This document shows positions 1-9,982 of a DNA stretch of 64,000 bases, piece after piece (the first letter of the stretch is position 1; every line of letters starts with the position of its first letter). The position numbers and the translations under genes are program-made. The DNA is from an uncultured Pseudomonadales bacterium (lineage in GTDB: Bacteria > Patescibacteriota > Microgenomatia > UBA1400 > PJMF01), in NCBI GenBank assembly GCA_964620965.1, contig CAZUHV010000002.1, positions 117,452 through 181,451 of the forward strand. Reading direction: 5' to 3'. Under the pieces are notes generated by a model. That model made no database searches, had not been told where the DNA came from, and worked only from the letters and a program-made list of their open reading frames with translations.

Positions 1-1
1 T

Positions 2-1495
2 AATCCAAAAGATATTGAATACTTACATCCAAAACTAAAACCTGTGTTTGAAGAAACTTATGGAGTTATGGTCTACCAAGAGCAAGTTATGGAAATATTT
101 TCCGTTATGGCTGGCTACTCACTTGGGGAAGCTGACATGATTCGCCGCGCTATGGGTAAAAAGAAAATTTCTATCCTAGACGCAAATAAAAAACGCTTTG
201 TGCTTGAATCTGGCAAGCGCGGTTATTCCAAAGAAATAGCAGAAAAAGTTTGGCAATATATTATGGCCTTTGCAAACTATGGTTTTAACAAAGCACACGC
301 CGCAAGTTACGCTATGATTTCCTACCAGACTGCATACCTTAAAGCCAACTATCCAGTAGAATACATGGCCGCTCTAATGAGTGTTGAGGCTGCATCAAGC
401 TCTATGAATGCGGAAGAAAAAATCTCTGCCGCCATCGAAGGAAGCAGGAAAATGGGCATTATTATTCTTCCACCAGACCTTAATAAATCGAGCGATAACT
501 TTACCATCGAGGAAAACAAAAATTCACTAGAAGGCCTAGCAATTCGCTTTGGTTTAAGTGCAATTAAACATGTTGGAAGCAAAGCAATCGAGAATATTTT
601 GGAAACCCGCAAAGAAGTAAAAAAATTCAACTCACTTACTCAGTTTATTCATAAAACAGATAGTAGAAAAGTAAACAAAACAACACTAGAAACCCTCATT
701 AAAGTTGGAGTTATGGATAAGTTCGGTAATAGATCTAGTATGTTAGAAAATCTCGAACAAATTAGAACTACTGCCTCTCAACTACAATCTGATATTGAAG
801 GCCAAGATTCTCTTTTTGCCAATGTTGCAGCTTCAGATGACACTCTAGAAGACTCTTTCCCAGAACTACCAGAATACCCTCAGCAAGAATTGCTCTCATT
901 TGAAAAAGAATTTTTAGGTTTATACCTTACCGAACACCCAATGGCTCAGCAGTTGAAAGCTGTTACAAAAAATGCAGATAAAGAAATTGGCGATTTAGAT
1001 GTCACAATCCATAAAGATAAAACATTTAAGTTTGGCGGAATTCTTTCAAAAGTCAGAACAATTTTAACTAAAACAAAACAACAACCAATGGTATTTGCGA
1101 GATTAGAAGACAATAGTGGAGCAATCGATATCGTAATTTTTCCAAGAACATTTGAAGAAGCAAAAGAGCTCATTCATGATGATGCCGTTGTACTTGTCAA
1201 AGCAAAAGTTGATGAACGAGAAGGGGAAATACAATTATTGGTTGAAAAAGTAAGTGCCCCTTCAGAAACTCAGTTAACACATGAAGGATCTGACCTTCAT
1301 AAAGAAATCTTTGTTCCTAGAAAAACATCTAAAGAAACACTACAAGAATTAGGAAAATTACTCAAAGCACATCCAGGCTCTCAAACGGTTTTAATCTTGA
1401 TTCCGAATGGCTCTAAACCACAAAAAATGTTGCTTCCATATGGAGTCAATTGGAATAAAGAGCTCGAGAAAAAGATTGCAGAGTTACTTAAATAG
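2..1495 (+). CDS. dnaE: DNA polymerase III alpha subunit, C-terminal part (5' end outside window)
   Basis: Frame is open from base 2 (NPKDIEYLHPKLKPVFEETYG). Motifs VYQEQVM, YGFNKAHAASY, IRFGLSAIK, EKEFLGLYLTEHP and a C-terminal OB fold. Confidence 0.97.
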   Translation, partial: NPKDIEYLHPKLKPVFEETYGVMVYQEQVMEIFSVMAGYSLGEADMIRRAMGKKKISILDANKKRFVLESGKRGYSKEIAEKVWQYIMAFANYGFNKAHAASYAMISYQTAYLKANYPVEYMAALMSVEAASSSMNAEEKISAAIEGSRKMGIIILPPDLNKSSDNFTIEENKNSLEGLAIRFGLSAIKHVGSKAIENILETRKEVKKFNSLTQFIHKTDSRKVNKTTLETLIKVGVMDKFGNRSSMLENLEQIRTTASQLQSDIEGQDSLFANVAASDDTLEDSFPELPEYPQQELLSFEKEFLGLYLTEHPMAQQLKAVTKNADKEIGDLDVTIHKDKTFKFGGILSKVRTILTKTKQQPMVFARLEDNSGAIDIVIFPRTFEEAKELIHDDAVVLVKAKVDEREGEIQLLVEKVSAPSETQLTHEGSDLHKEIFVPRKTSKETLQELGKLLKAHPGSQTVLILIPNGSKPQKMLLPYGVNWNKELEKKIAELLK

Positions 1496-1542
1496 ATACG
1501 TAAATATAGCGAGGTCGAAAACTAATACACCACGATTGCACT

Positions 1543-1570
1543 TTGCATTAAAAAAATATGTTGGTATAAT
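1543..1570 (+). promoter_or_regulatory. sigma70-type promoter of pyrG (likely leaderless)
   Basis: TTGCAT-16 nt-TATAAT with extended TG; the ATG lies 8 nt after the -10 box and there is no SD. Confidence 0.65.
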
Positions 1571-1578
1571 ACAATTCC

Positions 1579-3285
1579 ATGAGCATTCATGGTAATTTAA
1601 TCAACAAAATCAAAAAATCCCCTAATACAAAATACATTTTCGTCTCTGGAGGTGTTCTCTCTGGACTTGGAAAAGGCATTACTGCTGCATCTTTAGGCCT
1701 CCTGCTTAAAAATCGTGGTTATAGTGTTACAAATATTAAGTGTGAGAATTACCTTAATATAGATTCAGGAAACATTAATCCTGTAGAACATGGAGACGTT
1801 TTCCTTTGTGAGGATGGCCTAGAGGCAGATCTAGATTTAGGTTCCTACGAAAGATTCTTAGGTGAAGAAGTCGGCCACAAAAACTTTACAACCTTAGGAC
1901 AAATTTATTCTTCTGTTATTGAAAACACAAAAAACCTTGCATATGGTGGAGCAACCGTTGATGCATGGCTCTATATTCCTCAAGAAGCGATCAGAAGAAT
2001 TAAAGCTGCGGGAGAAGGCTTTGATCTTTGTTTAGTTGAACTTGGTGGAACTGCTGGAGAATACCAAAATGTCATTTATTACGAAGCATACCGTATTATG
2101 AACCTCCAATCTCCTCAAGATACCCTTCACATTCATGTGACATACTTCCCAAACCCTTCACACATTAATGAGTTGAAATCAAAACCAACACAACTTTCTG
2201 TTGGAATCTTAAACTCTATGGGAATTCAACCAGATTTTATTGTTGGTAGAGGCGAGCTTCCAATTGATGACAAACGAAAAGAAAAAGTAGCATTCTTTTG
2301 TAACATGAGCAAGGATGACGTTATAAGCAATCCAGATTGCGATAGCATCTATGAACTTCCTCCTATTTTGGCAGAACAAAATTTTGATGCTAAAGTTTTA
2401 CAAAAACTTGGCCTTTCTGAAAGAAAACAAGACTTAAGTGAATGGAACAAGTTCCTTGAAAAACTGAAAAGTGATAAAAAACATTCTGTAAAAATCGCTA
2501 TTATCGCAAAATACCTTTCTACTGGAGACTACGAACTCACAGATTCTTATGTTTCACTTATTGAGTCTCTCAAATTTGCAGCACTCCACACAGACGCAAA
2601 AATGGAATTACTTTTTGTAAAAGCAACAGATGTTGAAAAAAAAGACAAAAAAGCTATAGAAATGATGAAATCTGCAGATGGAATTATTGTCCCAATTGGT
2701 TGGGGAGAGCGTGGAGTTGAAGGGAAAATTTCTGCAATTACCTATGCAAGAGAAAATAAAGTGCCATATCTTGGACTTTGTTATGGAATGCAACTCGCAT
2801 CTGTAGAATATGCTCGAAATGTGGTGGGTCTCACAGGAGCACACACAAAAGAAGTTGATCCAAACACTCCACATCCAGTAATTCATGACATTCCTTTTGA
2901 AGAGAAATATCAAACTATCAAAGGTGAAGGTGCAAGTATGAGACTTGGAGCTTATGATTGTATTCTTAAGCCTGGTACATTAGCATACAAAATTTATAAA
3001 AAACATCATGCATTCAAAGATGAAAGAAAAAATCTCATTTCTGAACGCCACAGACATAGATTCGAATTTAACAACGACTATAGAAAACCTTTAGAAGACG
3101 CAGGTTTTGTTATTTCTGGCACCTCTCCGGATGATTTCTTTGTAGAAATGATAGAACTTCCACAAGAAAAACACCCATTTTTCTTGGCAACTCAAGCGCA
3201 TCCAGAATACAAATCTATGCCTCTAAAACCACATCCAATTTTTGTAGAATATTTAAAGGCTGTGATTGAACAGTCAAATAAGTAA
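1579..3285 (+). CDS. pyrG: CTP synthase
   Basis: KYIFVSGGVLSGLGKG, DLDLGSYERF, GLCYGMQ (catalytic Cys), ERHRHRFE, QAHPE. Confidence 0.98.
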   Translation: MSIHGNLINKIKKSPNTKYIFVSGGVLSGLGKGITAASLGLLLKNRGYSVTNIKCENYLNIDSGNINPVEHGDVFLCEDGLEADLDLGSYERFLGEEVGHKNFTTLGQIYSSVIENTKNLAYGGATVDAWLYIPQEAIRRIKAAGEGFDLCLVELGGTAGEYQNVIYYEAYRIMNLQSPQDTLHIHVTYFPNPSHINELKSKPTQLSVGILNSMGIQPDFIVGRGELPIDDKRKEKVAFFCNMSKDDVISNPDCDSIYELPPILAEQNFDAKVLQKLGLSERKQDLSEWNKFLEKLKSDKKHSVKIAIIAKYLSTGDYELTDSYVSLIESLKFAALHTDAKMELLFVKATDVEKKDKKAIEMMKSADGIIVPIGWGERGVEGKISAITYARENKVPYLGLCYGMQLASVEYARNVVGLTGAHTKEVDPNTPHPVIHDIPFEEKYQTIKGEGASMRLGAYDCILKPGTLAYKIYKKHHAFKDERKNLISERHRHRFEFNNDYRKPLEDAGFVISGTSPDDFFVEMIELPQEKHPFFLATQAHPEYKSMPLKPHPIFVEYLKAVIEQSNK

Positions 3286-3293
3286 TTTTCTAA

Positions 3294-3322
3294 TTGCAAA
3301 ATCTGGCCTTTTCGAGTAAAAT
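3294..3322 (+). promoter_or_regulatory. sigma70-type promoter of rplS
   Basis: TTGCAA-17 nt-TAAAAT. Confidence 0.65.
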
Positions 3323-3399
3323 AATAAGCCTTGTAACAGAGCTTGACACACTGTTATAAGAAATCTCGACTTTTGATACAAAAATAAAGGAAAAATAAC

Positions 3400-3753
3400 A
3401 TGGCACAATACTTAAAATATAAAGACACAGATATTGCAGTTGGTGACACAGTTCGTGTACATCAAGAAATTACAGAAGGTGACAAAACTAGAATTCAAAT
3501 TTTTGAAGGATTAGTTATTGCAATCAAGAATACTGGAAATGGTAAATCTTTTACCGTTCGCAAAATTGGTTCAAATGGAATTGGTGTAGAAAAAATCTAT
3601 CCAATTAACATGCCTCAAATCAAAGACGTTGAAGTCAAACGTAAGGGTCATGTCAGAAGAGCTAAGTTATACTTCTTGCGTGAAAGACTTGGTAAAGCCG
3701 CAACCAGAATTAAAGAAAAAGACACTAACAACAAAACAGCTCAAGCTGAATAA
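3400..3753 (+). CDS. rplS: 50S ribosomal protein L19
   Basis: [42 protein letters not shown]; SD AAGGA upstream. Confidence 0.98.
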   Translation: MAQYLKYKDTDIAVGDTVRVHQEITEGDKTRIQIFEGLVIAIKNTGNGKSFTVRKIGSNGIGVEKIYPINMPQIKDVEVKRKGHVRRAKLYFLRERLGKAATRIKEKDTNNKTAQAE

Positions 3754-4159
3754 TTTTTCTTTAGGCATAAAAGGCGAAAAAATAGCCTGTGATTATTTAC
3801 TTTCTAAAAAATATAAAATAATCGCACAGAACATTAGAGTTAAAAATAACGAAATTGACATCATAGCGCTTGATACATTGCAAAATGAGCTGGTGTTTAT
3901 AGAAGTCAAAACAAGATCTAGTTTTTTGTTTGGAACTCCTGCATTTGCTGTTTCAAACAAAAAACTAAATAGTATGGTATTCGTTGCAAACCACTATTTG
4001 CAACAAAATAATTGCAATCTAGACTATAGATTTGATATTATAGCCATATCATATTTTGGAGAAAACAATTACAAAAATAATTGTGAATATAGTAAAACTG
4101 CGAATCTGCACAACGCTAAACCCAAAATAGAGCACTTTGAAAACATTAGCTGGCCGTAA
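3650..4159 (+). CDS. yraN: YraN/UPF0102 family endonuclease-like protein (start uncertain)
   Basis: [42 protein letters not shown]; typical position after rplS. The nearest in-frame ATG (3650) overlaps rplS by about 100 nt; there is an in-frame CTG at 3746. Confidence 0.85.
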   Translation: MSEELSYTSCVKDLVKPQPELKKKTLTTKQLKLNNFSLGIKGEKIACDYLLSKKYKIIAQNIRVKNNEIDIIALDTLQNELVFIEVKTRSSFLFGTPAFAVSNKKLNSMVFVANHYLQQNNCNLDYRFDIIAISYFGENNYKNNCEYSKTANLHNAKPKIEHFENISWP

Positions 4160-4200
4160 TCTTATTACTGCCATAAGCCATTTTAGCTTTCGCTAACTAT

Positions 4201-4272
4201 GGCCCCATCGTCTAGCGGTTAGGACATCGGGTTTTCATCCCGGCAACCGGGGTTCGATTCCCCGTGGGGTCA
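4201..4272 (+). tRNA. tRNA-Glu(UUC)
   Basis: GGCCCCA/TGGGGTC acceptor stem, anticodon arm TCGGG-TT-TTC-AT-CCCGG, T-arm CGGGG-TTCGATT-CCCCG; CCA is not encoded. Confidence 0.96.
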
Positions 4273-4336
4273 CACACATTTTTCCTCTGGAATTTTTTAT
4301 ACCCTAAAATGAACATTGAACCATTTTCAAATATCT

Positions 4337-4672
4337 TCAAGATAGCTCTAAATAGGACTTTTTGATCCAGTTGACCAGCTCTTGATCAACTTCTCTTGCT
4401 TCACTTAGGCGAATAGTGTTATGAAATCTATTGGCAGAAACTTGCTCGGTTTTAGTAACTCTTGAAGATTTTATAGCTTCAGTAGTGACAATATTAAGAT
4501 CAAGCCATTTGGTTTTAGGATGCACACCAAGAAAAGCAACTCTGCTTACTATGTGAATTGAAGTTTTTTTATGCTCTATCTTAACTGGTCCAAGCTTTTC
4601 CACACTTTGCATAATTGCCTGGTAGATGGCCATTACTTCTAAGTTTTTACCTTTAAAAAGTTGTTCTTCCAT
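4337..4672 (-). CDS. DUF5655-like protein
   Basis: LGPVKIEHKKTSIH...AFLGVHP...RFHNTIRL..AREVDQELVNWIKKSY; ATG at 4672 is translationally adjacent to the upstream gene. Confidence 0.7.
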   Translation of the reverse strand: MEEQLFKGKNLEVMAIYQAIMQSVEKLGPVKIEHKKTSIHIVSRVAFLGVHPKTKWLDLNIVTTEAIKSSRVTKTEQVSANRFHNTIRLSEAREVDQELVNWIKKSYLELS

Positions 4673-4673
4673 A

Positions 4674-4991
4674 TTATCTTTTGTTACTGATCTTACCAAT
4701 AGTAGCGCCACCAATAATTCCCATAATCAGAATTGGGGCATAGGAACCCGTAATCATGGCCGTAGGAAAACTAATAAGCAAGCTGACAATAATGCCTTTG
4801 AGAAATCCTGGAACTGGCAATGAGACAAAGGGGATGAGGAATCCTATGGCGAAACGCTGGAGAAAGGCACTAGAAATCGCAAGTGATTTATTTTCAAATT
4901 CTAGTGGCAGCATGAGAAGTGAATCAACGAGACCAAATGAAATGCCATAGATTGTGGCTAGTAAGTAGTTGTTATTTTGATTGGTTTTCAT
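4674..4991 (-). CDS. small 4-TM membrane protein, unknown function
   Basis: 105 aa, mostly hydrophobic segments, SAFLQRFAIGFLI. Confidence 0.7.
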   Translation of the reverse strand: MKTNQNNNYLLATIYGISFGLVDSLLMLPLEFENKSLAISSAFLQRFAIGFLIPFVSLPVPGFLKGIIVSLLISFPTAMITGSYAPILIMGIIGGATIGKISNKR

Positions 4992-5027
4992 TACAGATTA
5001 ATTATCTCATACTCGTTTTCACCAGTA

Positions 5028-5076
5028 AACAATTTACGAAACTGTTCAAGTTTAGCTAACAATGGTTCAAACTGTT
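5028..5076. promoter_or_regulatory. two palindromic operator-like sites (AACAAT-N5-AAACTGTT) 30 bp apart
   Basis: AACAATTTACGAAACTGTT (5028-5046) and AACAATGGTTCAAACTGTT (5058-5076), upstream of TTGATT-18-TATTAT (5111-5140). Confidence 0.45.
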
Positions 5077-5177
5077 GAGCCTTAGGGTCACATTTTCACC
5101 TTTTTGCTCATTGATTTTCTTTTCATTTTCTATGTATTATTATCTTAGTCGACAATTAGTATTGTTCGGCTCGTTAT

Positions 5178-6218
5178 ATGAGAAAAAATCTAAATAATAC
5201 TTTTTATCTTTCTTTCTTGGCAATTTTGTTTGTTCTTGTGTTTTTAGCAACTCCTCAAAAAGCCTCTGCTGCCCAACTTACGGAAGGATATCTCAGACTC
5301 AATAGAATGAAAGCTTCAACTGCTACCGGAGGCACAGTCTGTGCAAAGATGGCAACAACAGCTGGAACAGACGCTAAAATAAAGGTTACTTTCCCAACAG
5401 GCTTTACAGTAAACTCTACTGCAAGCAACTGGACTGTTACCACTTCCAATCTTCCAGAAAATGGAAGTGCAATGCCAGGTATAGATACTGCAACTGCAGT
5501 ATCTGGACAAACAGTAACTTTCCCGATCTCAGACATTTCTTCAAACTCAACACTATATTGTTTTAACTTTGCAAGTTCTAGCACATTAACTACAAGTACA
5601 GCAGGAAACGACAAAACGGGTTCTATCTCTGTCACTACAAGTGGTGACTCAGAAATAGATGGTGGTATTTATGCAACCTCAGTTATCTCTGATGACCAAG
5701 TAGTTATTACTGCTACTGTTCCTGCAACATTTAGTTTCGCCTTAGGATCTAACACTCAATCACTCGGAACACTTTCAACTGGAAGTGTAAGCTCAGGATC
5801 TGGTGTGAGTGTCACAATTGGAACTAATGCTGGTAATGGTTGGATTGGTTGGGTACTCAGTGCAAATGCCGCCCTTAATTCTGCTGCAACAAGTGATGCT
5901 ATTTCTACGACTGGCTCTGTAGATAACTCCCCTAGCACTCTCTCTGCTGGAACCGAAGGATATGTTTTAGATGCAGATCTTACTTCCGATTCTGCGACAA
6001 GTGGCACTGGAAGTGTGACAATTGATGCAGAATATAATGGCACAACAACAAGTCAAGGTGGAACCCTTTCGACAACATTTACAGAATTCGCCTCTGCAGA
6101 TGGACCAACAGATAGTGACGTTATCACACTTGTCCCTAGAGTTGCAATTTCTGCCTTAACCCAAGCTGCTACAGATTACACTGACACTCTCACAGTTGTT
6201 GCTGCTGGACACTTCTAG
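5178..6218 (+). CDS. secreted Thr/Ser-rich two-domain beta-sandwich protein, WxL/pilin-like
   Basis: Signal peptide ending ASA-AQ; one Cys pair in the N-domain; C-domain with TNAGNGW and terminal ATDYTDTLTVVAAGHF. Confidence 0.8.
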   Translation: MRKNLNNTFYLSFLAILFVLVFLATPQKASAAQLTEGYLRLNRMKASTATGGTVCAKMATTAGTDAKIKVTFPTGFTVNSTASNWTVTTSNLPENGSAMPGIDTATAVSGQTVTFPISDISSNSTLYCFNFASSSTLTTSTAGNDKTGSISVTTSGDSEIDGGIYATSVISDDQVVITATVPATFSFALGSNTQSLGTLSTGSVSSGSGVSVTIGTNAGNGWIGWVLSANAALNSAATSDAISTTGSVDNSPSTLSAGTEGYVLDADLTSDSATSGTGSVTIDAEYNGTTTSQGGTLSTTFTEFASADGPTDSDVITLVPRVAISALTQAATDYTDTLTVVAAGHF

Positions 6219-6241
6219 TCTTTATGTCATAGTATTCAAGT

Positions 6242-7375
6242 ATGAGGATTCGACTTAAGTACATATTTTTTTTGTTTTTCTTAATAGCACAGTTATTCTT
6301 TGTTAATACAAAAATTGCTTTCGCCCAAACTGAAACTAGTGAACCAGAGGCAACCGAATCTGCTCAAGAATTTATATATATCGAACCAAATTCAGAACCA
6401 CTCAACCTTACAATTTCTCCTGCAACCTTACTATTAGATACAAAACCAGGAAACCCAGTAAATACTTCTTTTCAAGTCTTTAATAATTCTACAGAAACTG
6501 AGTATCTTAAAATTGACTTACTCACATTTGGTGCAAATGCCACTGGAGACGAACCGGTTATCAAGCCCTTCGAACTAGGAGATGATTCCGAATCTTGGCT
6601 CACTTTTGATAATAAAAACATAACAGTTCAACCAAAAACTTGGAAAACTGTTCACGTAACCTTTTCTCCACCAGAATCTGCAGCGCTTTCATACTACTAT
6701 TCAATAGTAATTTCAAGACAAACCTCACAAACCATAAAAGAAGGAGAAACAAACGTTGTTGGAGCTCCTGCTTTGCTATTACTTGCTACTGTTCAATCTC
6801 CATACGCAAAGCAAGAGTTACAGTTGAAAAGCTTCAAAACTACAAAAAAAATATTTGAGTTTCTTCCTGTGGAATTTGAGTTAACAATACAAAATACAGG
6901 AAATGTACATCTTGCTCCAGTTGGTAACATATTTATAGATAGCAGCAGAGAAAAAGATGTTGGATTGATTCAAATAAACAGAACAAATGGTCTCATACTT
7001 CCAGGCTCAACAAGAACATATACACTAAGGTGGGAAGACGGATTTCCAGTTTTTGCCGATAAACAAGTAGATGGCTCTATAGTAACTGACTCAGCCGGAA
7101 ATCCAAAGAAAGAACTCAAATGGGATTTTTCTAAAGCAAACTTTTTTAGGTTTGGAAAATACACTGCACACCTTTTATTTATTTTTGACAACGGAGAAAG
7201 AGACGTCCCAACAGAGGCTAAACTATCATTTTGGGTCCTACCATATAGGATACTTGTTATCTTTGGTTTAGTTGGAGGTACAACTATTCTTGGGATAGCC
7301 ATCCCACTAGTACTTATATTTAAACGTATGCGAAAACAAAATGAAAAAAAACAAACTCCCACTGAAACTAAATAG
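6242..7375 (+). CDS. DUF916/DUF3324-like (WxL-interacting, chaperone-like Ig) membrane-anchored protein
   Basis: Signal AFA-QT; LTISPATLLL..KPG, SWLTF, IQNTGNVHLAPVG, ILPGSTR, GKYTAHL, SFWVLP, then a TM segment and basic tail. Confidence 0.75.
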   Translation: MRIRLKYIFFLFFLIAQLFFVNTKIAFAQTETSEPEATESAQEFIYIEPNSEPLNLTISPATLLLDTKPGNPVNTSFQVFNNSTETEYLKIDLLTFGANATGDEPVIKPFELGDDSESWLTFDNKNITVQPKTWKTVHVTFSPPESAALSYYYSIVISRQTSQTIKEGETNVVGAPALLLLATVQSPYAKQELQLKSFKTTKKIFEFLPVEFELTIQNTGNVHLAPVGNIFIDSSREKDVGLIQINRTNGLILPGSTRTYTLRWEDGFPVFADKQVDGSIVTDSAGNPKKELKWDFSKANFFRFGKYTAHLLFIFDNGERDVPTEAKLSFWVLPYRILVIFGLVGGTTILGIAIPLVLIFKRMRKQNEKKQTPTETK

Positions 7376-8279
7376 ATACTTTCATATTCTTTTTCTATTT
7401 ATTTTTATATACTTCTTTCCAAAAGCAGTATTTGCACAAGAATCTCTTACTGTTTCGCCTGCATACCAAGAAGTAGTTCTTGAACCTCAAAATGATTCTA
7501 GTGAGTTCAGTATCTCTATCAGAAATGACACAAAAATAGCAGAGTCTTTCGAACTATTTGCTGTTGAGTTTCCTTCTGGTGCACAGTTTGGATCACTTGG
7601 ATTTATTGATTTTGATTCAAGCGATATTAAACAACAGCCGAGCTACATTTCATTTGACACTCAACAGTTTGTTGTTGATCCAAATACTTCAAAAGAAATT
7701 CACGCTACTATCGAAAACCGAGCAAGCTTAAAACCAGGTGGAACGTATCTTTCTGTTATTATTCGATCCTTGAGAGAAAAAAATAGCTCTGGGCAAACAA
7801 TTCTTCCAGCATTCGCTTCTCAACTTCTAATTCGAAAAACTGAAGGTGAGATAAAAAATATTTCACTTAAAACTGTCAGCGATACAGACAAAATTATATC
7901 ATTTACGATCCCAAAAACTGTAAAACTGTTATTTGAAAATAATGGAAATGTACACCTCATTCCTAGAGGAGAAGTGCGAATCGATACAGTATTTGGTGAA
8001 ACAATAAGTCAAGGAATAATTAATGAATCATCTTCTTATGTATATCCAGATAGTCAAAAAGAAATTACTGTACAGCTTTCTCAAGTAAATAAAAAAATAC
8101 CAATCTCGCTCATCACAATTACTGCTTTTGGCTCAGCCAATTCTATAGAATATAGAGCAGAACACTCATATATTTATATCAACCCATACTTTGTGGGCAT
8201 ATCCGCAACACTTTTTTTCTTGTTTATACTCTATGCATTCAAAAAGATAAAAAAACAACCAAAACATGAAACTGAATAA
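7341..8279 (+). CDS. second DUF916/DUF3324-like membrane-anchored protein
   Basis: Signal VFA-QE; LTVSPAYQEV, FENNGNVHLIPRG, C-terminal TM plus KKIKK; paralog of the upstream gene. Confidence 0.72.
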   Translation: MKKNKLPLKLNRYFHILFLFIFIYFFPKAVFAQESLTVSPAYQEVVLEPQNDSSEFSISIRNDTKIAESFELFAVEFPSGAQFGSLGFIDFDSSDIKQQPSYISFDTQQFVVDPNTSKEIHATIENRASLKPGGTYLSVIIRSLREKNSSGQTILPAFASQLLIRKTEGEIKNISLKTVSDTDKIISFTIPKTVKLLFENNGNVHLIPRGEVRIDTVFGETISQGIINESSSYVYPDSQKEITVQLSQVNKKIPISLITITAFGSANSIEYRAEHSYIYINPYFVGISATLFFLFILYAFKKIKKQPKHETE

Positions 8280-8844
8280 AGTTATTTTAATCTGTACAAC
8301 TGTATTTTTTGTTATACTTTTTAGTATATACCTGTGGGGAAATACACCAAATTCCGGTGAAATCATTAGCACAGCTCAAACCACACAATTAAATGAAGAT
8401 CTAGAAATTAAAACTAATACAGAAGAAAAAAATTCTTGTTTTTCATTTTTTCATGATCAAAACATTACTCAAATCAAAACAGAAGAATTCGATACAACTT
8501 GTATCATTCGAGCAAAAGTCGAAAAACCAATTGGACAACTGAGCATTTCTGTTGTTCAAAATACAGAAAATAAAAACTTTGACTTAGCAGAACAAACCGG
8601 AGTAACCTTACGAAAAAGTTTGCCCGATATCTACACACAAGAAATAAATATCCAAAACAAGCCAAAATTTTTTGAAAACGATAGCAATTTCAACTCAATT
8701 ATTTTTACTAATAAAACAGAAATTACAGGATTTTTTACTCAATCGAACAAACTCCTTACCGTTTCTATCCACGATGTTGCTACAATAAATGAAGAAGTTA
8801 TTTCTATCTTTGAAGAAACTCTTGATGGAGTAACAATTTATTAA
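8266..8844 (+). CDS. hypothetical protein with N-terminal membrane anchor
   Basis: 192-aa ORF in the operon, overlapping the upstream stop; N-terminal TM. Confidence 0.75.
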   Translation: MKLNKVILICTTVFFVILFSIYLWGNTPNSGEIISTAQTTQLNEDLEIKTNTEEKNSCFSFFHDQNITQIKTEEFDTTCIIRAKVEKPIGQLSISVVQNTENKNFDLAEQTGVTLRKSLPDIYTQEINIQNKPKFFENDSNFNSIIFTNKTEITGFFTQSNKLLTVSIHDVATINEEVISIFEETLDGVTIY

Positions 8845-8863
8845 GTACCACTAAACAAAAGTA

Positions 8864-9907
8864 ATGAAGCCAAAACTGCTGTTTTTATTATTATTCTTTG
8901 TAATACCAGCTAGTACAAATTATAAACTAGACGCACATGGTATTGGATCGGGTGGGGGAATCACAAATTCATCATCTTATTCATTACTAGGAACAACCGG
9001 AGAACAATCTAGTAAAACAGAGGGATCTTCATACTCTGTTTGGTCTGGGATTCAATTTGCCGAAATGGCAAATACTCCACCTGCACCAACATTTGTTAAT
9101 GAAGATTCATACTATAATAAGCTAAGAATTACACTTGATACTGGAAATAATCCAACAGATACCCTCTACGCAATAGCAATTTCTACAGACAGTTTTACCA
9201 CAACAGAATATGTACAGTCGGACAACACTGTTGGCTCCACACTTGGAAGTGAAGATTGGCAAACATATGCAGATTGGGGAGGAAGTAGTGGTGAATTCGT
9301 TGTAGGGCTTGATGCTGATACAACCTACCAAGTAAAAGTAAAAGCAATTCAAGGAGATTACACAGAAAGCCCATATGGACCAAGTGCTTCTGCAGCAACT
9401 TCCGCTTTAACACTTTCTTTTGATATTGATGTCAGTTCAATTGATGAGGAAACAGCCTCACCTTATGAAGTTTCTTTAGGTTCACTCAATCCCGACACTG
9501 TTATCACGGCAACAGATAAAATATGGCTCGATCTTTCAACAAATGCAAATAATGGAGCAGTCATTTATGTGGCTGGCAGTACCGGAGGTTTATACAGCAA
9601 CTCTACAGCACACACTATCTCTGGTGTCAGTGCAGATTTAACTGGAGTATCAGAAGGATTCGGCTTAAAATCTGCAAGTGTTGCTGAAAGCAGCGGAGGT
9701 CCCTTAACTGCTGTTTCTCCATATAATGGTAGTAGTGATACTGTTGGTACTATAGCAACAACACTTGCATCTTTGTATAATACCTCTACTGCACCAATTA
9801 GTGCTGCAAGAGGGTCAATAGATATCAAAGCAAAGGCACAGTCACTCACACCTTCTGCAACAGACTATGCTGAGACTTTGACGTTCATTGCCGCAGCTAA
9901 TTTTTAA
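8864..9907 (+). CDS. secreted protein, Fn3-like domain plus WxL/pilin-like C-domain
   Basis: ASTNYKL..GIGSGGG N-terminus; GLDADTTYQVKVKA (Fn3-like); C-domain STNANNG...ATDYAETLTFIAAANF paralogous to the 5178 gene. Confidence 0.78.
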   Translation: MKPKLLFLLLFFVIPASTNYKLDAHGIGSGGGITNSSSYSLLGTTGEQSSKTEGSSYSVWSGIQFAEMANTPPAPTFVNEDSYYNKLRITLDTGNNPTDTLYAIAISTDSFTTTEYVQSDNTVGSTLGSEDWQTYADWGGSSGEFVVGLDADTTYQVKVKAIQGDYTESPYGPSASAATSALTLSFDIDVSSIDEETASPYEVSLGSLNPDTVITATDKIWLDLSTNANNGAVIYVAGSTGGLYSNSTAHTISGVSADLTGVSEGFGLKSASVAESSGGPLTAVSPYNGSSDTVGTIATTLASLYNTSTAPISAARGSIDIKAKAQSLTPSATDYAETLTFIAAANF

Positions 9908-9982
9908 TCAAAAAATTCCACCGTTTCGGACTTTGTTCTACTAGTTAATAGCGTAGAGAAATTGCTATATTGACAAGGTAAT

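Noticed and set aside
9905-9982. Possible structured RNA between the 8864 and 9983 genes
   Set aside because: Only short, weak helices (TTCTAC/GTAGAG) are present, which is not distinguishable from chance.
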